Positions 24,700 to 37,609 of a stretch of DNA of 64,000 nucleotides are shown in pieces. The notes beneath the pieces are model-generated. The model was not told the origin of the DNA. It searched no databases and saw only the letters and a program-made list of their open reading frames with translations. Origin of the DNA: Botryllus schlosseri (Eukaryota); contig CM119383.1 in assembly GCA_051294905.1 (NCBI GenBank), positions 21,142,001-21,206,000 of the forward strand. The letters are read 5' to 3'. Position 1 is the first letter of the stretch. The number at the start of each line of letters is the position of its first letter. A program made the translations under genes and the position numbers.

Positions 24700-25930
24700 A
24701 ATCACTTTTCGGAAAACAACGAAGGTAAGCTTATTTCCATATAATCGTGCGTTTCCGTGCAGTCGAGATTCCGTTCATTTCACTTGAATCCTGGTCTGGC
24801 GATGTGGCCATAAGGATATCCATGTCGTATATTCTTTGGGCTGTCATTTCTCGTTGCATGTTTCTTCTTTATCGTGACCTTTGTCATTAGTTTTCGAACG
24901 TTGAATAATGCAATTTTATCATTCGTTGTCCGTATTAATAGCGCTCATTTTCTTTCCAGAAAAAAACTAAATATGTCATTTAATTACGATAAAGTTGCGT
25001 GTCACTTACGACCAATGCAGTATCCACAGCGATGCGGAAGCTTCCCCAACGTTGAACTGTCGAAAACTAGCAACGACAAACTCGTATCACACGATCCTAA
25101 CCAAAGGTAAGTCAGATATTTTCTTTTCGATTCGCTGTATTACCTACTTTTATTTGTTTCCATTTCGCAGGTTTTCACGACGTCCGCTGATGGCGGCGAA
25201 CTTTGATCGTGACGAAGAGGGAAAAAAATATTTTCTCGTCTTCAAAAGTGAGACGGTTCGTATGCTAGTTCCCTTATTCGATTGGCAAGTATCGTTATTC
25301 TGATGGTACGTCTATTTCCAGATAATCGTGCGTTTCCGTGCAGAAGACCTCGTCAGAATTGCTGTTGAATAGTCCTTCGCATATTTTCATTCGAGTTCTC
25401 AAGTCAATTGTTCGTTTTTAATAGATCGTTTGCATTGTGGCCTTGTCTCTTGTGATTCTTTGTCTGGATGCGTCGAATTAGACTATAGTGTTGAGAAGGT
25501 AACAACGTTATCAGAAACTTACTGGCAGGATAACCTCATAATATAGCTACCGTGCCGTAAAGTTTTGCATATCGTGTTACAGAGTTATAGTTTGGGTTAC
25601 AGTTACTAACATGATTTCAATACGACAACTCAGAGGTCATATAGCTTCGTGCAATAGCGATATGGTCGACGAAGTTATACGTATTGATTCACCAAAAAGT
25701 CCGAAGTTTACAATTCAGGTGTGACGTGAATAGTATCGCCAATATGTGGAAAATTCAGCGCAGCATAGTTCAAATTACACCCATGCGACGCCGAATTTTT
25801 CCATATTGAGACACGCATTTCTCATGGGAAGTTCGTCGAGTTCGGCGCGATCAATAAAATTACACTAGGAGTAGCGTATCGTGTCTTGCGCGTAAACTAC
25901 GCGATGCGATCGACCTGTAAGTCTTCCATG
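24700..25930 (+). pseudogene. Putative degraded multi-exon gene leading into family D exon
   Basis: GT-AG candidates 24725-24762, 25107-25170 and 25306-25343; KLHPCDAEFFHIETRISHGKFVEFGAINK at ~25770-25860. Confidence 0.3.
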
Positions 25931-28085
25931 GGATGTAGTTCGACGATTGGGTGCCACAAACAGACATCCCATGCACCTCGGGCGGGCTGGGTGTGGTTGT
26001 GACGTCATAATGAGTCAAATCCGTTATTACATGTAACTATATAGTAACTGCAGTGTTAGATCTACTTATACGAGTTTCATAGACGTGTCTCTTTCTTGTA
26101 GCTATAATACTATTATAACTTTTCTGACACCCTATAGTTGCAGACATGCTAGACACTTCATTTTGGTGTCATTAGAAAGGTTGCAAAAAAAGCTCAATAC
26201 GTTTTTTTTTAAGTCTCTACTTCAAGTAGTTTTCGAGTAGTGGCTTTGTAAAGTAGTTTCAACGTAGTTTCAACGTCGTGATCGCTACTGACTTCATATT
26301 TGTATCGTACAATACTCGTCGCAAGACAATTTTTCAGTCCAAGTATCAAGTAGATTTGTCAAGTAGTTTTCGAGAAGTGGCAGTGTAAAGTAGTTTCAAC
26401 ATAGTTTCAACGTCGTGAGTGCTATCGAGTTGATTTTTGTATCGTTTAATACTCGTCGCAAGACCAATCTTCAGTCCGAGTATCAAGTAATTTTGTCAAG
26501 TAACAAACATTTTATAGTACTTTTAATGTTTCGGAAGTGCTTTTAGCGATGTTCTGACGGCGCTAGAGAGTTGATTTTTTCACGGATGATTGCTCTCGGC
26601 ATGAACGATCTATAGTCAAAATTTCAAGTGGATTGGTATACGTGGGAAGAAGTTACGAAAGTCTTCGATGTTTCCCAGATATGTTTCCCGGATATGTATC
26701 CGGTTTTCATATCCGGATCCGCTTTCAAACGAAAGCCCTATTCAATGTGCTTACGCTGAAAAAGATTTCATAGCTCTACGTATTGTACTTCTCCAGATAT
26801 GCACGTTCAAGTAGTTTCAACACTACTTTTCAAGTACTACTTTTCAGCGGTTCATGCAAAATACTTCATATTTCGTCAAAAAATTCTATACAAGTCAAGA
26901 GTACTGCCCACGTTATTGTAGTTCATTCACTTTAGCACAGGATTTTATATATTTTCATTTTCATCGAAAAAACTACTTTTCAAGTACCACTCTTCAGCGG
27001 TTTATGCAAATTACTTCATATTTCGTCAAAAAATTCTATACAAGTCAAGAGTACTGCCCACGTTATTGTAGTTCATTCACTTTAGCACAGGATTTTATAT
27101 TTATTTATTTTCATTAAAAAAACTACTTTTTGAAGTACCACTTTCCTACGGTTCGGTGTAATCACTTAATTTTTGTCTAGGAGTGATCTACGGCCTCTCC
27201 TGAAGCAAGCGATGGCAAAAATTCCGTTCCCCGCACTATTTCAAGACGGTCTGCAAAGGAATTATCCCGATCCGACAAAAGGTTCGGCCTCCAGAGCCGG
27301 GCAAAGGTCCGTTTTGGGCGGGCTTTAACCGGACTTTTCTCGCCTCCGGGTGGTCGGATTCGGATAATTTTTTTGTCGGATGCAGCTCGAAGAGACGCTT
27401 CCAACGAGGGGTCCCGTTTTGGTCTGACCCTTACAGGGGCCGCTCAAATCGTCGAAACGTCATATCTCGGCCCCTGAAGCGCGTAGAGCTACGTCTATAG
27501 TCGGAATCAACTCCTGATGCCATATCAAGGGTGAAAATTTTCGTCCTAGGGTTGTTCTCCTTCGTATATAAAGACGATTGGTGAAAAAATTTTTGCGATC
27601 CGACAAAAAATAAGCCCTCCAGGTTCGGTCAAAGTTTCGATTTTCATCCTCTTTAACCGGACTTTTCTCAGCTCCGGGTGGTCGCATCCAGATATTGTTT
27701 TTTTCGTCGGATGCGGCTCAAAGAGACGCTTCGAACGAGGGGTCACTTGAGGGTCTCACCCCACCACGAGATGAGATAATCCCCAAAACGTCCTATATTG
27801 TCAAGCATAGGCGATGTCCGAAAAACGCTCAAGTCCCAAATTCCTATCTCTTAACATAGGAATTACTCCCGTCGTTTACCCGCCAGCTCGGACGAAAAAG
27901 TCCAGATTTCGAATTTTTTTTTCCAATTTTTTCCCCCCCAAAATTTTTTTTTCCCAAAAAAAATCAACTCCCCCCCCCCACACGAAGTATGGAGTGTCTC
28001 AGACCAATTCCAGGCATTCTACCATCTACAGCATGGGCCCTGGACTTGGGTTTGCTCCGGGGTCGGTGACCTACTGTGTCCGAGA
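25720..28085. repeat. Module non-coding block, copy 1 (paralogs 47520-49790 and 58040-61180)
   Basis: Long shared stretches, e.g. gggatgtagttcgacgattgggtgccacaaacagacatcccatgcacctcgggcgggctggg, and the terminal ccccccc-cgaagt-tggagtg-ct segment. Confidence 0.85.
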
Positions 28086-28089
28086 GTGA

Positions 28090-28110
28090 AGTATTTGGTT
28101 GTTATAAGGT
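28090..28110 (+). other. 5'-truncated SL-like exon with GT donor
   Basis: AGTATTTGGTTGTTATAAG|GTTCGC, identical to 49882-49906. Followed by gtaagtactaacggcttgtttcag (TACTAAC plus acceptor). Confidence 0.7.
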
Positions 28111-28629
28111 TCGCGTAAGTACTAACGGCTTGTTTCAGATTTAAAGACCCGTCGATTGAGCCGCTGCGGCCATTGTAGCTAAACTACCGTAAAACTTATT
28201 TATATTGTACCGTACTACTGCCGTACCTAGGATAGAACCTCTTCTTAGGCTACTTCTACTTTACCTCTTTTCTCTCTCTTTGCCGGCGACGAACTTCGAG
28301 TCTCCTTTAGACTCAACTCTCTTCAGGTCTTGACTCTCCCTCTCGAATCAAGACTTGTCGAGCTCTCCCTCTCCTAGTCTTGGCTCTCTCTCTCGAGTCA
28401 AGTCTAGGAGAGTCTGACTTTACTCTCGCGCCTCTCTCTGGAGACGTCGAGAGAGTGCCTTCTTAACCTCGAGTGAACTCGCCTGACGTCAGCCGTCTGG
28501 CGAGTATCGTTCGAGCTTACCGTGCCTCTTGAGCGCGCAGCCTACGCCCATCGAGACGTTGGTATCGATTTCGCGAGCGTTTGGAAACGCCTTGCTTTGC
28601 GTTCGATAGCTAGACAGAAAGACAGTAAG

Positions 28630-29925
28630 ATGGCTTACGCAAACGCATTAACAGGACAGGGAAATCATCAAATTACATACGGGAATAGGCCTAGATCATT
28701 GGACATAACAACACCACTTGACTGCCAGACAACAGAAGTGATAGATGCCATCATCACTCACCCTGCACTCAAGGAATACAGTGAACCCATCGCTTCTATC
28801 TTCCAAATCGGCAGAACAACGTTCAACCAATCTTTTCACACACACCCACAGACAGAGACGATTCGCGAAGAGTTCGTCGAGAAAACAATCACGGGAATCA
28901 ACCTCGCAAACGGTACGATGTACGTTAGAAAGCCCAGGCCACCGGCGGCACAAGTCAACATCAGAGCCGTGCCAACGGAGGTGGAAGAACGCGAAATCAG
29001 AAACAAAATCGCACAATACAACTGCGGCACGGTCCGCGATATCAAACTGATATATCACAGGGGCACTAACCTACAAAATGGGTACAGGCAAATCAGTATT
29101 GAAGATTACATACCGGGAAGACTCCCGTCTTTTATTTACCTAGGGCAAGCACCCTGCAAAGTATATACACCTAACGACGAAGGAAACGAGACGTGTTTGA
29201 AGTGCCTGCAGAGAGGACACACGGCAAGTCAATGTCCAAACACAACAGTGTGCTTCCTTTGCAAACAAACAGGGCATCGTCGACACGAGTGTCCAAACAA
29301 AAAAGAACAACAAACAGCTACAAACCAGAGGAGAATACTGAAGGTTGATGAACACATTACACAAACAGACATGGAAGTTATAGATGAACCTGAGCCTGAA
29401 CAAAACAACGAAGAACAAAGCCCAGCTTCTGCATCAAGCGAGGCAGAGGCTGAGGAGATAGAGAATGAGGAAACAGAAGAAGAGGAAGAGAATGAGGAAA
29501 CAGAAGAAGAGGAAGAAAAAGATGACAATGAAGGAGGAGAGGAAGAACCATTAGTAGACCTCTTTAACCTACACGAAAACTCACAAACACCAAGTGAACT
29601 CGACGAAACGATCAGACCAGGATCACAACAAGAAAGTGTAGCCGGAGATCTACAGATAGACACAAGTGAAGACGAAAACCAAACACAATTAGATAATGGC
29701 CAAGGCAGCAAAAAGCCAAAACACCTTTTAAACAAAGACCGAAAGAGCCAAACGACGATCCTTCGACAAAGGTTCGAGAGGAGCCATTTTACGGAACAGG
29801 AATTCTTCAGTGCAGCACAACACTCACCAAACAAAAGAGGCGTTGAAACACGTAGTCCAACCTTGCCAACGTCGAGCAAAAGCAGACGTAAGCTGGCAAA
29901 GCCCGATACGGACGACGAAAAATAG
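28630..29925 (+). CDS. LINE A ORF1 (gag-like, two zinc knuckles, acidic tail)
   Basis: CLKCLQRGHTASQC and CFLCKQTGHRRHEC; open frame. Confidence 0.85.
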   Translation: MAYANALTGQGNHQITYGNRPRSLDITTPLDCQTTEVIDAIITHPALKEYSEPIASIFQIGRTTFNQSFHTHPQTETIREEFVEKTITGINLANGTMYVRKPRPPAAQVNIRAVPTEVEEREIRNKIAQYNCGTVRDIKLIYHRGTNLQNGYRQISIEDYIPGRLPSFIYLGQAPCKVYTPNDEGNETCLKCLQRGHTASQCPNTTVCFLCKQTGHRRHECPNKKEQQTATNQRRILKVDEHITQTDMEVIDEPEPEQNNEEQSPASASSEAEAEEIENEETEEEEENEETEEEEEKDDNEGGEEEPLVDLFNLHENSQTPSELDETIRPGSQQESVAGDLQIDTSEDENQTQLDNGQGSKKPKHLLNKDRKSQTTILRQRFERSHFTEQEFFSAAQHSPNKRGVETRSPTLPTSSKSRRKLAKPDTDDEK

Positions 29926-29962
29926 AAAACCGAAATAGCAACCCAGCCCTCTCCGCTATTCA

Positions 29963-32349
29963 ATGGCTTTCGATATTATCTCTCTAAACATAAATGGACT
30001 TAAAATGTTTCTTGAAAAACAACAGAAGATGCAACATCCTCTGTATCCAGGAAACTCATAGGGGGGATAAAAAAAGAATTCACAAATGGGCCCAACAAAA
30101 TGATTGGATATACTTTCCGAACCACATCGACAATGGACAGCACTGGACAGACAGAATAGGAAATAAGAAACATTACTATCAAGGAACCACGATATTCGTG
30201 AAGAAGGAATTAGAAATCAACAATACCATAGACAACACCATTATAATAGAAGACAGAATACAAATGATAAAAATAACCAACAAAGAAGACGACCAGCCGA
30301 AACACATATACAATGTATATGGGCCGCCTGATGTGGGGAGGAATCAAACGGACGTCTTCAAGATACTAACACAGCGCATCGAACCCCACGCAGACAGCGC
30401 CATAATTTGCGGCGATTTTAATATAATAACTTTAATATAATAACTAACAGTCTGGACTCAAAAAACAACAGAAATTTTCAGCTCACCCCAGCGGCGAAGA
30501 TCTGGAAAGTATTCATAGAAACATATAAATTAAGAGACGTGTGGAGATGGAGGAATCCAAATAAAAAACTCTTCTCGAATTGAAGGTTTTGATTACGGAG
30601 TAGAGTCGACAGAATTTACATAGCAGAGAGATATCTCAGCCATGTGCAAACCTGCACATATAACATCGATACACTAGCGGATCACGTGTACCTTCAAAAA
30701 CTCAAACTGAGGGAACCCCAACACCAGCACTGGGGCAATGGCTATTGGAAGAACGACGTTAGATACTACACTGATGAAAACCTACAGAAACAGATTATTG
30801 ATTTACACAAAGAATGTACAGAAGAAAGACCACACTTCGAGACAATATACGAATGGTGGGATCACTTCAAAAAAAGAGCAAAAAACATCTACAGCTCTAT
30901 GCACGCCAAAAAAGAAAGGCGGAAATAAACAAGGAAAGCAAACTACGTGACGAAATATCACGCTTACAAAGGGACAGCAACAACGTCTCAGACGTAACAA
31001 ACAAGATCAAAAAGCTGAAGCAGATGGAGGAGGACAAAATCCTCCACCAATGCCGGCTGAGCAAGGTCAAAGATATTGAAGAAGGCGAAAAGCCAACTAA
31101 ATATTTTTACCAGAAACTCAAACAAAGGAAGGAGAGTAAAATAATTACAACTGTAGAGAACTCCTCCGGAAAGGAGACCACAAGCAGTACGGAGACTCTG
31201 CATGAAATAGAATTATTTTACCAAAAGCTGTGGGCAAAAACACAACGAGAAGATCACCGTGTACAAAAAGTTTACCTAAGTGCGATTGAAGGCGTTCATA
31301 TCACACAGGAGGAAACAGAGGACCTGAACACAAAGATCCAAACCACGGAACTAAAAAACGCCCTTTTCGGCATGGACGGAAATAAAACTCCAGGCTCTGA
31401 CGGCCTATCAAAGGAATTTTATACGTGCTTTTGGAACATAATAAAAAATGATCTATTAGAATTAACCAACAACACATTCACCTTCGGAGGCCTTTGCGAA
31501 ACCTGGAAAACCGGAATTACGATTATGATATATAAAAAAGGGCACCCGAAACACCTGAAGAACTGGCGACCCATTACTCTACTAAACACTGATTATTTGC
31601 CAATATGGACGTTATAGCAACGCTCAAAAATTTAGAACAACCAACGGAATTTTGGCACAAACACGCCATCTACCTGACTGGAACCAAAATGAAATCCATC
31701 AACCCAAAATTATATAATAACAGCGAACCGCACTTATATCCCATCCCAAAAGACTGGAAGGATATTTTAAAGCTCGCGGAAAACTTGAAATGGGACGATG
31801 AAGAATGGAAAGACTCATAAAACTATATATCTATCGGTCAAAAACTCCAAAGAAATTAGACCAGAAATCAAGACTCGGAGACGGATATATATTCGGGAAC
31901 AAAAAATGGGACAGAAACCTGCGTTTCGACAATCACAACAGGCCCCTGGACCTGAATTGTAAATTTTGCGATTCGACCAACGATAACGTAGCCCACATTT
32001 TTTGGGATTGCAAATTCATAAAGAAAACAATCGAAGAACTCGAAACTGCGTTAAAAACTAAACTCCATGAAGATGCTATACTCTACAATGAAAACACAAA
32101 AAAAAAACAGACTGGCTACTAATATGAAAACACAAAAAAAAAACAGACTGGCTACTAATATCAATTATGAAAAAGGGAATAATTAAACACAAAATCGCAC
32201 TAGACGTCGAGAACGTAAAAGTCGGAAAAGAAAATTTGACCAGGAAAACACTGGGGAGGACCAAAATGAGAATCGAGACCCAGCCAGCAACTCTGCTCCA
32301 GGCCGAAGCTATATCAAAAATAGAGCAATATCTGATAAACCTCACATAA
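29963..32349 (+). pseudogene. LINE A ORF2 remnant (APE endonuclease, start of RT, C-terminal zinc finger)
   Basis: MAFDIISLNINGL start, several frameshifts and stops, deletion junction near 31598. Confidence 0.85.
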
Positions 32350-32552
32350 TGCAATCTTTAAACAATAAACAACGACAGCTTTGGGTTCCAAACGAAAGTT
32401 TGGTAAATCCGACAACGATTGACAGGGAAAAAGCGGGAAAAAGCCCTGCTGGGAAGGAGGGAGGGGCCGTTCAAAAACCCCCAGACCACGCGCCACCGCC
32501 GGGAAGCTTTTAACACGCAAACGCAAATATACAACATCACACAACTCCAACC

Positions 32553-32578
32553 ATTGGAGTAGTTGGTTGTACTAAGGT
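32553..32578 (+). other. Full-length SL-like exon with GT donor; degenerate tandem copy at 32606-32629 lacks the donor
   Basis: ccATTGGAGTAGTTGGTTGTACTAAG|GTAC, nearly identical to 46620-46591 on the minus strand. Confidence 0.7.
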
Positions 32579-33193
32579 ACATGAACAACAACCACGCAGC
32601 CAACCATTGAAGTAGCTGATTGCACTAAGATACATGAACAATATGTTCAAAAAATAAGAGCAAACAAATAAGAAGAAACCGTTAAATTAAGTTCACAAAC
32701 CGTTAAACTCCTAAGTTAGGAAATACAAATAATATAAAAATATACAAAAAATGTGTAATAAAGACCCCGGCGGGAGGTAGCCCTATTCTTAGAGAGGGGC
32801 TGCCAAACGCCGGTGGATACGGAGAGCCGTAAAAAAAAAAGTGGAAGGAGCTCCACGTTAGTTAGATTCAGGGTAAGGGTAGGAGCTAGATACAAGTTAG
32901 ATAGGACGCTGGTTATGGCGAAAGACAGGTGCTGCGGAATGGCTGGCGGCCTTCTGGGGGACTTGCCCCCCTGACTCTGGCTGGGGCAATATTTTCGCGC
33001 ATCGCGCGGACGAATTTTTCGCTTGTGCGCGGCTTTCATTGAAAACGCGCCAAGGGGGTGGGGGGTGATAGCGCGATTCGTTTGCGCAACATCTCGGTCA
33101 ATAGCCGGTACCTTCTTCGAATCTGGGTTTCCTCTTGAATCATTGGTCTAGTACCGTTCTTCATTTCCTCATCGTAATTTTCAGAAACAAACG

Positions 33194-33825
33194 ATGGAAA
33201 TAATTTCTAGCTGTTTTGACGAGTGCATCGACTTTACGATATATATTGCTTCAAGACTTGTGTCTGCAAGACTTATAATGAAAGAGGGATTCATCGCCCG
33301 TGCCATTGCCGACAACGATGTCGTGGCAAAAACGACCCCGCCTGGCCGCCTCACCTTTGTCGTGATGCCTGAGGATCCATTTTATAGACATGTTCGTTTG
33401 CCGTTGGGGTTGGCACCGATGCCGAACGATTTTCATTCGGCACGGAGCAAGAATGTCAGCATTGAAGGAGGGCACGTCTTCGTGACGACCCATTTCAACG
33501 GACGCTCAACAATCGCTGGCATTATGATCGAACGTAACTACAAGGCAAAAATGCTCCTCTTTTATGACGAGATGATGGCGATTGACCGCTCGGGATTGCT
33601 ATACTGTGTGACTTTGGTCGTCGATCGCTCGGAGAATGCCGACGTCGTAAGACCGACGGTCCGCAGCGGTCGACCACCAGTATTCCTGCAGGTCAATCAC
33701 GTAACGCAGGCGTTACCGGCAGCGCCATCTGCCCCAGTCATCCGCACCCTGGTCGGCGCGCCGCGGCCTTCGCGGCGGCAAGGCCGCGGCGCGCCATCCG
33801 TGCCCCGGTCCGCATGGACCTTTGA
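33194..33825 (+). CDS. Family B protein, extreme C-terminus frameshifted by a fold-back insertion
   Basis: Colinear paralog. An alternative frame at 33773-33825 reads AARPRRAIRAPVRMDL*. Confidence 0.8.
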
Positions 33826-35079
33826 TTTGATCTACAGTTTTTCGTTTATCTGTCTTTGATCTACAGTTTTTCGTTTATCTGTCTAACAGTTTCGTTTTAA
33901 CCGTCCTCATGAAGTTTTGTCATGTCGCTTATTTTATGCTATTTTCCGCCACTTTTAGTATTAGTAACTTAAGTTAATTGAATTGTGTTTTGGCCACCTT
34001 TGCTACTATCGTGTTTTATTGCTGAGTGTGTCGTTCTTATTTTTTGTTGACCACTTGTGTCTAGTATTCATATTTTATTTTATTGACAGTAAATTTATAT
34101 CTCCGCTTTTATCGTATTTTTATAAATCGCAATATTTCTTTTTTAGATCGTAATATCATAGCGTTAGTGTAAATGTGTTCTGAAACACTAGTTAGCTACT
34201 GATATGCGCGTTGGATACAATTGGACGGAAAGAGCTCGGTGTCAGTGTGTCGGAACAGTTTAACGGTGTCAAGCAAGGGTTGGAGTGAGGACGACTATGC
34301 GTGAGTGAAGTACTGTGTAACAGTACGTATAATTCAGTCTGCATGGCGTCGTTCGACCACGTCGTGCTTTCTGAAGCTTTATGTACTACTGTTACATACT
34401 ATAGCTTTATGTACTACTGTTACATACTATCACAATACTATTACAAAGTAGTTGTGTAGGAAGTGTTTGTGCTAGCGAGGTCATGCAACAGTGTGTTGTC
34501 AGGCTTGCATGTGCTGTTCGAGTTGTGCGTGCAAGGTTTTGCATAACACTGCTGCGTGACATGGGTATCGTTGTCAGGAAACTGGCTGTTATGTGTCATT
34601 ATGTAAACTTGAAAGTGCGGGACCTTGTTACCCAAGTTCATGTTACTTGAAGTGAACATAGTGTTACAAAACTTCGTAATAATCGTCGGACGTAGTCGAA
34701 TTAAAGTTGCGCATCATGCGATCATTTACGTTGTATTTGTATCATTCATGGGGTGATATTTGTATCATTCATGGGGTGAGGGGTGGTAGCGCGATTTGTT
34801 TTCGCGCAACCTCTCGGCTAATATCCGGATTAGTTCAGTCAGTTTTTAGAAGTCAGGGTGGACGAGTTTACGTTATTACAGTTGAAGGTGAGACTATATC
34901 TGCGTCTGTCGTTTGATGTCGCGTAACAGCGACCCGGGCTTCATTTTTCGGGTTATAGCATATATAGGTTCGCGTCCGGGTGCCCCTGTTTTATGTGGTC
35001 TGCATACATAATTGATTTAAAGTTTCTCGTCACATACTTCAATCCGCTAATTTAGTTATCAGAACATAAAAATAATATC

Positions 35080-36178
35080 ATGTCACTTGACATAATCGGA
35101 TACGCTAGTAAGGTCGATGTTGACTTGACAATTGGCAGACGTAAAGTGGAAGCGACGTTGATCCTACGGAGTGGTCTTTATGGACGAGGGGTCATAAGAT
35201 GTGACTATGAACGAGTGATCGGGCATGGGCCATCTGTGCATTTTATGACTCGCCCGCTGAACCCGTTTCATAACAATGTGCCAGTGCCGGAGGGACTAGC
35301 CAGAGTATTTCAGCACGTCAAATATGGGTTTCGCACAGTGTTGTCGTCACACACCTCGGATGGTGTGTTCTTTGCCACTCATTATGAAGGTCGCTGCACG
35401 TTGGCGGGCCTTATAATCCACGACCAATTTCAATGTGAGCTGCTCGTTTTCGACGACGTTTACATAGGACGGTCGCCAGCGGGCACCCCCACAAACTTGC
35501 CGATGGCGGTCGAAAGTCCGCCATACGACAACGTCGTGCCCGAAATGGAGTTGGACTCGGCATCGGTACGTCACACTGACATATCGCCGACATCTGGATC
35601 AACTGAGACGTCGTCAAGTGATGTATCGATGCCTTCAGTTTCAACTCCGGAATCCGCTGGCACCGTCGTGAAACGAGAGATGAAGAGGAAGCAATTTCCC
35701 CGAGTACACCTGTCGTATCGATGCCTTCGGTATCAACTGCGGAATCCGCTGGCACCTTTGTGAAAAGAGAAATGGAAGAGGAAGCAATTTCCCTGAGTAC
35801 ACCTGTCGTATCGATGCCTTCGGTATCAACTGCGGAATCCGCTGGCACCTTTGTGAAAAGAGAAATGGAAGAGGAAGCAATTTCCCCGAGTACACCTGTC
35901 GTATCGATGCCTTCGGTATCAACTGCGGAATCCGCTGGCACCTTTGTGAAAAGAGAAATGGAAGAGGAAGCAATTTCCCCGAGTACACCTGTCGTATCGA
36001 TGCCTTCGGTATCAACTGCGGAATCCGCTGGCACCTTTGTGAAAAGAGAAATGGAAGAGGAAGCAATTTCCCCGAGTACACCTGTCGTACCGAATATTGT
36101 CGTAATGAATCCTGTCGTACCGAATTCTGTCACTCCTCCCAAAAGGGTTATCAAAAAGCCTCAAAGACTCGATCTGTA
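35080..36178 (+). pseudogene. Divergent family B protein with a 31-aa repeat tail; one 1-nt deletion separates head from tail
   Basis: Head aligns with family B (THYEGRCTLAGLII...VESPPYD). The tail frame ends PPKRVIKKPQRLDL*. Confidence 0.7.
35623..36086 (+). repeat. 93-bp coding tandem repeat, 5 copies
   Basis: gtatcgatgcc at 35623, 35715, 35808, 35901 and 35994 (first unit 92 bp). Confidence 0.9.
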
Positions 36179-36919
36179 GTGTTGGTAGTAATTTTCCATA
36201 TCGTTTCGTTATTGACGCTCTCTTTTATGTTCTGCTTTTAAGCTCCGGACATGCATTTTTACTGCTTTTATACCCCATGTCATTTTAGTACTGCTTTCTC
36301 AATTTCTTTCAATCATGTATTTTACATGCACAATCTCTATTATTCAGATAATATTAAAATAGCATTAGTGATAAGTATTATGAAGCAATAGTGATTCAAT
36401 CAATGTGGTCGAAGAGAGAAATCGGGATAAAGCTTGTGGTGTTACTTTATTGGAATAGATCAATGACGTCGATGAAGTGAGGATGAATCGGCATTGAAAA
36501 AGGTCATGTGTAACACCATTAATACTTCATGTTTCATGGCGTTGTTAGGTTAGCTTTATGTTTTGTGAAGTGTGAGGTAGTGTTACATAATGTCACATTT
36601 ATCATATAAAATAGTTGTTTCAAAGTTTTTGTGCTTGCAATGTCAGAGTGCAGCTTATTGCGTGTCTTGTACTTGCTTTGTTTACGTCGGCGTATGAGGT
36701 GTAACATTATACTGTTTCATTGTTTCGTTTTAACTGCAAGAACGAATGTTTCACTATTTGAACTTTAGAAAGCATGCGGTTGTTTCACAAATAGATGTTG
36801 TTTCAAGTTTACATAGCGTTGCATAATATCACGAGCGTTAAAGAGTGACTTATATGCAGTATCACACCTCTTATTTTCATTTACGATATTATTTGCAGAT
36901 ACTCGTGCTTAACATTACA

Positions 36920-37609
36920 ATGGCTAGCTCTATGACTAAGAATGACGACGGCAATGTTACTGTTAGTGTGGAACGTGATGTGTCTGATTCATGTCAGATG
37001 TCGCAAGATGCTGTCGTTATTCAGACAGAGATGGCGTCTCTATCGCTTATCTCGAGAAGCTCTGGAAGTGATTCCAATCACGTATCGGTTGCTTCGGAAA
37101 CATCCGGAATTTATCCACTCTCTTCATCGACCGTTTCGGGAAGCTCACAAGCCGACCCCATACCTGTTCCTGATCGAGCCAATCCTGGATGCTACCTACT
37201 AGTACCAATGAACCTGTACAAGGAAGGACGTAGGTCTTTGGTCGGTCCTGAAGAATTTCTTGCTTGGTGTAAAGAAGAAGAAGCAAAGGGTAACTCTGAA
37301 GTGGAGATGATCCAGCAATTTACGATCAATAGGTCGGATGGCGACGAAGGAAGGTCGAATAGCGTGGCAATACATATCATTCGAGAGGTCTGGAAAGGCC
37401 GACTTGTCAAGTTTACCAGACCAGAAAGGTTTCCTGCTCAATAGGAGAAGGTCGAGGGTGAAGGTGATCTTTTTGATGGGTCGGCACAAGTCAGTCATGA
37501 ATTTCCAACGGATCGCAATGGAGGAAACCTCTCCGAGGAGGTCAAACAGACGAAGCAGAAATAACAAGAGGGCGAATCCGCGAAGTTAGCGGAGTCTGCT
37601 GAACAATGA
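36920..37609 (+). pseudogene. Family C pseudogene
   Basis: PVPDRANPGCYLLVPMNLYKEGRRSLVGPEEFLAW matches 38037. Premature TAG at 37442; the 3' end and downstream DNA are duplicated at 38290-38620. Confidence 0.75.

Larger units (their letters stand above)
28170..32840 (+). mobile_element. L1/Tx1-clade non-LTR retrotransposon A, internally deleted (RT core missing)
   Basis: ORF1 with two CCHC knuckles. ORF2 APE motifs (ILCIQETH, ICGDFN, RVDRIY), then NWRPITLLNTDY joined directly to the C-terminal region (CKFC...NVAHIFWDC). A10 tract at ~32831. Boundaries approximate. Confidence 0.85.
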
